Positions 56,101 through 64,000 of a stretch of DNA of 64,000 bases are shown here, one piece after another; position 1 is the first letter of the stretch, and each line of letters opens with the position of its first letter. This DNA is from Chrysemys picta bellii (taxonomy: Eukaryota), in contig NC_088807.1 of NCBI RefSeq assembly GCF_011386835.1, forward strand, positions 23,498,001 to 23,562,000, written 5' to 3'. The translations under genes and the position numbers were made by a program. The notes beneath the pieces are model-generated. The model made no database searches. It worked only from the letters and a program-made list of their open reading frames with translations, and was not told the DNA's origin.

Positions 56101-56339
56101 ATGACGCCCCACCCGGCACTGGGAGAAGTCTGGTTCCCGTCACTTTCCTCCTGGGCTGCTGCTTGCTCCTGTGCTCAGGGGCTCGGCTCCCCCCGTCGTA
56201 TCCCCCCAACAGGTACAGCCCCCCCCCCCCAAGAGCTGGGGAGAGAACCCAGGAGTCCTGGCTCCCAGACCCCCCGCTCTAACCATTAGACCTCACTCCC
56301 CTCCCAGAGCTGGGGAGAGAACCCAGGAGTCCGGGGCTG

Positions 56340-56378
<39 letters not shown>

Positions 56379-56708
56379 AGGCTGTGGATGCGGGATGCCC
56401 CACAGGACCCCGCCGACCCCGGCGAACGCCCCCTGGCTTGGGACCTGCAGCTGCCGTCCATCACCCTGCAGGACTGGAGCCTCCGGATGCTGTCCGGAGA
56501 GGGGCGAAGCAGGAAGTCCCGCCTCTGGAGCGGGCCAAGCCAGGAAGTCCCGCCTGCGGAGCTGGCCCCGGGCTGGGGCGGGAAGAGGAGCATCGTGGTG
56601 GCGGACGACGCGGCTTTCCGGGAGCGGAGCAAGATGCTGACGGCCATGGAGCGCCAGAAATGGCTCAACTCCTACATGCAGAAACTGCTGGTGGTGAACC
56701 CCGACTGA
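56101..56708 (+). CDS. PTH2: parathyroid hormone 2 (TIP39) precursor, about 146 aa
   Basis: KR then the 39-mer SIVVADDAAFRERSKMLTAMERQKWLNSYMQKLLVVNPD (56589-56705); coding exons 56101-56212 and 56381-56708; the ATG is one base out of frame with the signal peptide VTFLLGCCLLLCSG; AATAAA at 56760-56765. Confidence 0.92.
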
Positions 56709-57156
56709 GGGGGGGGGGCCGCATCCGTCTGTCCCGCCGTCCGGGGGCCGTGCGCCCCCAATAAAGGATCTTTACTTTCCGTCTGGTGACTCAGAGCCTA
56801 AAGCCAGTGGCCGGTGTTTTCATTGGGGAGGGATGGGGTGTGTGGAGAGAGGGGGTGGGGGTGGAAGGAGGGGTCCGTGGGGCTGGCTGTGAGGGGTGGG
56901 GGCATGGAGGGCTGGGGGGCTCTGTGTGGGGCTGGCTGACATATCTGGGGCTTGGCCCAGCTGGATTCCATCCCAGTCGACGCCCCCCCCCCCCCCGTGC
57001 CAAATCCTGGGGACCCCTGGATGGACGTTGGGTCAGGATTTGTGGGTGAGGAGAAACTGCCCCCCCGGCCCCCCGCAGACCATCCCCCCCTCCTGCAGGT
57101 CAGCACAGACAGACGCACACGCAGACAGACACAGACAGAAGGACACACAGATGGAC

Positions 57157-57190
<34 letters not shown>

Positions 57191-59257
57191 GGACTGTCAC
57201 GGAGTTTGGGGGTGTCAGGGCCCTAGGCTGGTTGCGGGGGCGTTCCTAGCAGCAGTTTCCACGGAGCCCAAGGTGGGGGTCAGAGCTTTGAGGGGTGTGC
57301 TGGAAATGGGGGGATGGACTTGGGGGGCGGGGAACCCATGGGGCTCTTCCCCTCCCCCAGGTCTCTGTGCACCCCCAGACCTCCCTGCTCCTGCCATTGG
57401 GCTCCCCCCTGCCCTGGGGCTCCCTCCCACCTGCTACCTGCTCCCCATCTCCATGGGCTCCCTGCCCATCCTCCCCCCATCCTGAGGGTCCCCCTACCCC
57501 CATCTGTACCCTTCTCCCCATGGGCTGGGGTCTTTGGGGGGCTTACCCCCATTCCCTCCTTCCCAGATGGTGCGTGGAAGTGCCGGGAGCCCCCTTGCTG
57601 TGACCCCCAAGACCCCCAGTCTCTCACCCCTGCCAGGCCGGGGGTCTCCCGATTCTGCCCCATGGGGGGGCTCTCACCCCAGCCCTGGCGGTGCCCCTTA
57701 CTCCCGCCCTGCAGCCCCCTGCTACCCCAGCCCTTGGGCCTCCCCCCAGCCCTGTTGGTGTCCTGGTGATAAAGTGGGAATTTCCCACAATAGTCTGTGC
57801 GTGCCTCAGTTTCCCCACGAGCTGTGTGGTTAGCTAGCGGAGGGGGAGAAGGTGGTTCCCCCTTTGCAGTGACCCAGAGCCCCAGGTATGACTGAGCCTG
57901 GCAACCTGAGCCCAGCCCGGCCCGCTGGCACCCAGCAGCTAACGCCCGTGGGCGCCCCCTGGGCAGGGAGCCGGCCGGGTGCGACCAGCTGCAGGACAAA
58001 GTGTTGGGAGGAGCCGGGGGGGGTTGCTCCATGTGGGGCAGCTGGGGGCACCGGGCACTAAGGGGTCGGGGGGGGGGCCTCTGGGCTCAGGCCCGACCGA
58101 GCCGGCCTTGGCTGTAATTTCTGTTCTCGGCGCTAACCCAGGACTCTCCGCTCTGCGCCCAGACCCACAACTACCCCCTGCGCTCCCCCCCCCGGCTGAG
58201 TCACTCTCCAGCCCGGAGCTGGGGGGCCTGGCTCCCTCTGGGGGGGTCCGTCTAGCCCCAGGGCCCAGCCTGGGGCACTTGCTGCAGGGGGCTCTGGACT
58301 GACCCGGGGGGGGGGTTCCCAGGGGGCGGGAAGCCGAGGGCTCACCCCAGTGAGAGCGACCCCGAGGAGGCTGCCGACCCACAGATTCCTGCTGTATCAC
58401 TCCTAAGCTTCTTGCAGGGGCGGGGGAGAGAACCCAGGAGTCCTAGTTCCCAGCCCCCCTGCTCTAACCACTATATCCCACTCCCCTCCCAGAGCTGGGG
58501 GAGAACCCAGGAGTCTTGGCTCCCAGCCCCCCGCCCCACCCCAAGCACCACACAGGTATATCGAGCAGTGAAATATATTTATTGGCTGGTTGCTTAGGGC
58601 GACCTCGCCCCCCTGAGGTGGGGGGCTGAGTCTGGGGAGGGTCTGTTCCCCCAGGATCCCCGCAGGACTCGTGGGTCCCCGGCCCCATCTGTGCCCTCCG
58701 TCGCGGGCCGCCGGCGGTCCCAGCCGCCGTGCTCAGGGAGCGTCGGGTTGACATCCAGCTCCGGGATGCGTCGCGGGGAGGCGCTGGCTGCAGCTGTGTC
58801 AAGTGCCCTGTACTGCAGAGGGGGAGTCTCCCGGGAGTCCACAGCCCCGTCACTGTCCCCCATGCCGCATGATGACTAGGGCGTTCTGGGGGGCCATGGG
58901 AGGGGAAACTGAGGCAATGAGTGACGGAGAAGGGACGTACCCCCAAAGACACATGCGGAAGCAGTCGCAGAGCCGGGGAGAGAACCCAGGAGTCCAGACC
59001 CCCGCTCTAACCACTAACCGCACTCCCCTGCCAGAATCACACTAGGGCAGGAAGTGGAATGGGGTACCCGGGGGCGACTCCCCCTTGCTTGGCCAGGGGG
59101 CATCACACTAGGGGGCTGGCAGCGGCAGAACAGGACAGGGGGCAGGTCTGCGTGGAAGGCCACGAGATGGGGGGGTGTCCGAGGTGGGGGGGCAGATGGG
59201 GGAGGGCTGAGCATGTCCACACCAGGGCAGGGGGCACTGCTCTGGGGTGTGCGCCTG

Positions 59258-61506
59258 TCACCGTGAGGGGGGGCTCCTGGCATAGGCAGATTGGCGGGGA
59301 CCGGGGGCTAGGGCTGCCCAGCGGCATTGGGGAGGGCAGACGATCCAGGGCCCCAGCTCTGAAGGAGGGAAGGAGACAGAGACCCCTTGGTTAGCTCCAT
59401 GGGCAAGCCCCCGCCCCCCAGGGCCAGTGTGAGAACCCAGGAGTCCTGGCTCCCAGCCCCCCCCTCCCCCCGCTCTAACCACCAGACCCCACTCCCCTCC
59501 CAGAGCCAGGGAGAGAACCCAGGAGTCCTGGTTCCCAGCGCCCCCTGCTCTAACCACCAAACCCCACTCCCCTCCCAGAGCCAGGGAGAGAACCCAGGAG
59601 TCCTGGCTCCCAGCCCCCCCCACTTTTACTCACTACCCCCCTCACCCCGCCAGGGTCTGGCCCTGGCACTCACCTGGAAGACACAGGGAGGAGAGGAAAT
59701 CCAGCAAGGTCTGGAGGCCGCGCTCGGCCGGGGGGCGCAGGGGGCACCTGGAGGAGAGAGGGGCGGGTGAGTGGGGTGCAGAGAGGGGCGCTGAAGGGGG
59801 CAGGGGGCGCCTGGAGGAGAGAGGGGCGGGTGAGTGGGAGCAGAGAGGGGCGCTGAAGGGGGCAGGGGGGCGCCTGGAGGAGAGAGGGGCGGGTGAGTGG
59901 GGTGCAGAGAGGGGCGCTGAAGGGGGCAGGGGGGCACCTGGAGGAGAGAGGGGCGGGTGAGTGGGGTGCAGAGAGGGCCCTGAAGGGGGCAGGGGGGCGC
60001 CTGGAGGAGAGAGGGGCGGGTGAGTGGGGTGCAGAGGGGCGCTGAAGGGGCAGGGGGGCACCTGGAGGAGAGAGGCGCGGGTGAGTGGGGTGCAGAGAGG
60101 GGCGCTGAAGGGGGCAGGGGGGCACCTGGAGGAGAGAGGCGCGGGTGAGTGGGGAGCAGAGAGGGGCGCTGAAGGGGGCAGGGGGGCACCTGGAGGAGAG
60201 AGGCGCGGGTGAGTGGGGTGCAGAGAGGGGCCCTGAAGGGGGCAGGGGGGCGTGGCCAGGGACTCACCATCGAACCTCCACCTCCAGCTGCACCGGCTCC
60301 TCCGCAGCCTCCCGCTTCCCGGCTAAGGCCCCCTTATCCATCAGCGGGCGGTGGGCGTCTGCGAGAGAGAGGGTGAGGGGGCCTGTGGGCCCGGACGCCT
60401 GGGTTCTATCCGGCTCTGGAGGGGAGTGGGTCTAGTGGTTAGAGCAGGGTGGGCTGGGAACCAGGACGCCTGGGTTCTATCCCGGCTCTGGGAAGGGGGT
60501 GGGGTCTAGTGGTTAGAGCAGGGGAGGCTGGGAACCAGGACTCCTGGGTTCTCTCCCAGGGAGGGTGGGAAGGTGGCATGGTGCGGGGCGGGAGGGGAAG
60601 CCAGGATGCCTGGGTTCTCTCCTGGGGGGGGCAGGACGCCTGGGTTCTCTCCCGGGGAGGGGAGGGGGAGCCAGGATGCCTGGGTTCTCTCCCGGGGCGG
60701 GGGGGAGGGGGAGCCAGGACGCCTGGGTTCTCTCCCCGGGCGAGGGGGAAGGGGGAGCCAAGGACGCCTGGGTTCTCTCCGGGGCGGGGGGGGAGGGGGA
60801 GCCAGGACGCCTGGGTTCTCTCCCGGGGCGGGGGGGAGGGGGAGCCAGGACGCCTGGGTTCTCTCCCGGGGCGGGGGGGGAGGGGGAGCCAGGACGCCTG
60901 GGTTCTCTCCCGGGGAGGGGAGGGGGAGCCAGGACGCCTGGGTTCTCTCCTGGGGGGGGCAGGACGCCTGGGTTCTCTCCCGGGGAGGGGAGGGGGAGCC
61001 AGGACACCTGGGTTCTCTCCTGGGGGGGGCAGGACGCCTGGGTTCTCTCCCGGGGAGGGGAAGGGGAGCCAGGACGCCTGGGTTCTCTCCCGGGGGGGGG
61101 GGGCGCAGCGTGTGGGGGGGGTACTCCACGAGGGCCCAGCAAGTAGCCTGCACTGTTCAGGGTCCAGCCACGTTTGTCTTTGAGCTGCAGAAAAAATCCC
61201 CATTAATCGAGTAGCTCTACCCCCCCCCCCAATCTGAGCTCCCCCCACCCGCGACTGGGATAGCCCAGGACCCCAGCAGAGGCCTGGTGGGGATCGTACC
61301 ATTCAGGGGGCTCCGGGGGTCCAGGCTTCTGCCACCTCAGTGGCGATAGGTGGGGATGGAGGAGACAGGCCCAGGAGGGGGCACTGGGGAGGGGCTGGCA
61401 GGAGGGGGGGTCTGGGGGGCCTCTCACCATCAGAGGGATCCCGGTGCACTTCGCCCAGCAGCCCCCACAGGGCCAGAGAGATGCAGAGCACAGCAGGGGT
61501 CCCCAT
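59258..61506 (-). CDS. galanin-family prepropeptide (second galanin-type gene, probably GALP orthologue)
   Basis: Exons 61506-61428 (signal peptide), 61184-61130 (LKDKR GWTLNSAGYLLGP), 60358-60268 (HAHRPLMDKGALA GKR), 59747-59674 (QTLLDFLSSLCLP), 59358 onward (GALDRLP after a 1-bp shift); one extra base in the first coding exon and one missing in the last; C-terminal end uncertain. Confidence 0.85.
59745..60250 (-). repeat. tandem array of a 3' splice site (61-64 bp, 8 copies)
   Basis: Each unit on the minus strand has CTCAC, a pyrimidine tract and CTCCAG|G(T/C)GCCCC; AG positions 60191, 60127, 60063, 60002, 59939, 59875, 59812, 59749. Confidence 0.88.
60390..61095 (+). repeat. tandemly amplified MIR-like tRNA-head repeat
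   Basis: GGTCTAGTGGTTAGAGC (A-box-like) and CCTGGGTTCTATCCC (B-box-like); the B-box half is repeated about 14 times; related units occur at more than 25 loci in the window. Confidence 0.7.
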
Positions 61507-62138
61507 CTGTGAAAGAGAGAGAGAACCCAGGAGTCCTGGCTCCCAGCCCCCCCCCCTCCATTCTATCCACTAGACCCCCCCTCCCCTCCCAGAGCTGGGG
61601 AGAGAACCCAGGAGTCCTGGCTCCCAGCCCCCCCGCCCCCGCATTCTATCCACTAGACCCCACTGCTCTCCCAGAGCTGGGATAGAACCCAGGCGTCCGG
61701 GCTCCCTCTATCTCTGCCCCCCCAAACTCGCTGTTCATCACACACACACTTGGCTTTACCCTCAGCCCACTGCACCATAGGATATTTCTGTCCTCCCCCC
61801 AGCAAAAAAACCCTCCCATCCCACTGACCCAGCCCTGCCCCCACAGCTCTGCCAATGCCCCTCAAACCCGACTAGCAGCCCCCTGCTAGCCCAGCCCTGG
61901 GCTACCCCCCAGCCCCGCTGGTGCCCCTCACTCCCAACCCGCAGCTCCCTGCTAACCCAGTTCCACCGGTGCCCCTCACTCCCGACCCGCAGCCCCTGCT
62001 AGCCCAGCCCTGCCGGTGCCCCTCACTCCCGACCCGCAGCCCCTGCCAGCCCAGCCCTGGGCTCCCCCCAGCCCTGCCGGTGCCCCTCAGTCCTGACCTG
62101 TGGCAGGGCCCGACTCTGGGGGGCTGGGGGAATCTCAC

Positions 62139-62225
62139 CTCAAATTCTGCCCCGCTCTGGTTGTGGCTGGGGGATCAGGCACCGGATTTATACAGGGCAG
62201 GGGCTGCAGGCAGATGGGTGCGTCA
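62139..62225 (-). promoter_or_regulatory. promoter and non-coding first exon of the galanin-family gene
   Basis: TGACGCA (62225-62219), TATAAT (62191-62186), donor AG|GTGAGA after 62139, acceptor directly before the ATG at 61506. Confidence 0.6.
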
Positions 62226-62849
62226 TGCCTGGGGGGGTGTAGCTAATCGCCCCCCATGGATTCGGGGGGGGGGGGCTTGTTCATTTATTTTGCCTCTAAT
62301 TTCTCTTTTCCACTTAGTCAGAAAATGGGCTGAAAATTGGTGTAATTAGCTCTAATTGACTCCAGCACACAGGTGGGGGGGGCAGGAGTGGGGAACTGGG
62401 GGGATTCTAGGGGCGCGGGGGCTCAAGGGGAAATTGGCGGGGGCAGCCGGATGCCTGGGTTCTATTCCAGGCACTACCTGCATATATTGGGGGGGGGGGG
62501 GGCTGGGCACATCTCACCATGCCTCAGTTTCCCCATTACTGAAAAGACGCTAATGAGCCTAGTCCTGACCTGGGTCCCATCCCGCTTTAACCACTGACTG
62601 GACCCCACCCCCTCCCTGAGTCAGGGAGAGAACCCAGGAGTCCTGGCTCCCAGGGCCCCCCCCACACACGTTGGCGGATGGTCCTTTATTCTCATAAGGG
62701 AGGTTGGGTAAGAGCCTCAGGCCTTGTCCCCATCAGCACAATTAGAGCATCCGTGTGAATCCTGGCCAAGGGCCCAGGGCACCTACTGAGTGCGTCACCA
62801 GCTCACGAGTGACTTCAGGGGCTCGGAGACACATCTGGGGGGGGCCACT

Positions 62850-63830
62850 GGGCTGTGGGTCGGGAGTGAGGGGCACTGGCAGGGCTGGGGGGTCAGGTCT
62901 GGGCTAGCAGGAGCTGCGGGTCGGGAGTGAGGGGCATCGGCAGAGCGGGGGTGGGGTGGGGGTGGGGGCTGGGTTAGCAGGGGGCTGCAGGTCGGGAGTG
63001 AGGGGCACCGGCAGGGCTGGGGGGGGTCAGGGGGGGGCTAGCAGGGGGCTGTGGGTCGGGAGTGAGGGACACTGGCAGAGCTGGGGGGGTTAGGAGGGGG
63101 CTAGCAGGGGGCTGTGGGTCGGGAGTGAGGGGCACCGGCAGGGCTGGGGGGAGCCCAGGGCTGGACTAGCAGAGGCTGTGGGTCGGGAGTGAGGGGCACC
63201 GGCAGGGCTGGGGGGAGCCCAGGGCTGGACTAGCAGGGGCTGCGGGTCGGGAGTGAGGGGCACCGGCAGGGTTGGGGGGAGCCCAGGGCCGGGCTAGCAG
63301 GGGCTGCGGGTCGGGAGTGAGGGGCACCGGCAGGGCTGGGGGGAGCCCAGGGCTGGGCTAGCAGGGGCTGCGGGTCGGGAGTGAGGGGCACCGGCAGGTC
63401 TGGGGGGGGCAGGGCTGGGCTAGCAGGGGCTGTGGGTCGGGACCGGCAGGGCTGGGCTAGCAGGGGCTGTGGGTCGGGAGTGAGGGGCACCGGCAGAGCG
63501 GGGGTGGGGTGGGGATGGGGGCTGGGCTAGCGGGGGCTGCAGGTCGGGAGTGAGGGGCACTGGCAGAGCTGGGGGGGGTCGGGGGGGTTAGCAGGGGGCT
63601 GCGGGTCGGGAGTGAGGGGCACCGGCAGGGCTGTGGGGGGCAGGGCTGGGCTGGCAGGGGCTGCGGGTCGGGAGTGAGGGGCACCGGCAGAGCTGGGGGG
63701 TGGAGGGGGCAGGGCTGGGTGGGCAGGGGGCTGCGAGTCGGGAGTGAGGGGCACTGGCAGAGCGGGGGTGGGGTGGGGGTGGGGGCTGGGCTAGCAGGGG
63801 CTGCAGGTCGGGAGTGAGGGGCACCTGCCA
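62850..63830. repeat. about 50-bp minisatellite (gggtcgggagtgaggggcaccggcagggctggg)
   Basis: About 18 tandem copies, reverse complement of the 28670-29320 family. Confidence 0.85.
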
Positions 63831-64000
63831 GGCTGGGGGCGGGGCCCCTCTAGGGGGCGCTATCTGCCCCCCCGCAACCTCTCTACCCCCCCCCCCCGCT
63901 TCCCTCTCTATGGTGCCCCCAGCGCTGATTGGCTGCTGCGTGGCGTGGGGGGAGGGGCGGCGCTGCCATTGGCTGCCGGGGGAGGTGTCCGGCGCGAGGC

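Noticed and set aside
58594-58810. Extra coding exon of the galanin-family gene
   Set aside because: No peptide homology; it lies just before AATAAA (58583-58578) and is more simply 3' UTR

Overview
Eukaryotic, very GC-rich vertebrate DNA. The CR1, LTR and MITE content points to a reptile, probably a turtle (inference); gene content matches the human 19q13.3 paralogon. Left 27 kb: a birth-and-death cluster of alpha-1,2-fucosyltransferase genes on the minus strand, with one intact FUT2-like gene, one copy with a nonsense codon and lost ATG, one truncated fragment and one orphan 3' flank. This region also carries solo LTRs, hAT MITEs, CR1 fragments and a 47-bp satellite split by a very young, internally deleted SCAN-domain Gypsy (Gmr1-like) element. 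Right 37 kb, spliced by hand: FLT3LG (+), an intact EAAT2-like glutamate transporter that is probably SLC1A9/EAAT7 (+), GFY (-), a five-exon uroplakin-2-like gene (-), PTH2/TIP39 (+) and a galanin-family gene (-) predicted to encode a 26-aa amidated peptide, probably the GALP orthologue. Three genes have intronic tandem repeats made from their own splice sites, and CTCF-motif minisatellites and MIR-like tRNA-head repeats are dense throughout. Several genes carry single-base indels at or near G/C runs that may be consensus errors. Most ORFs in the supplied track are repeat or GC artefacts. Comparisons to known proteins are from memory; no database search was run.
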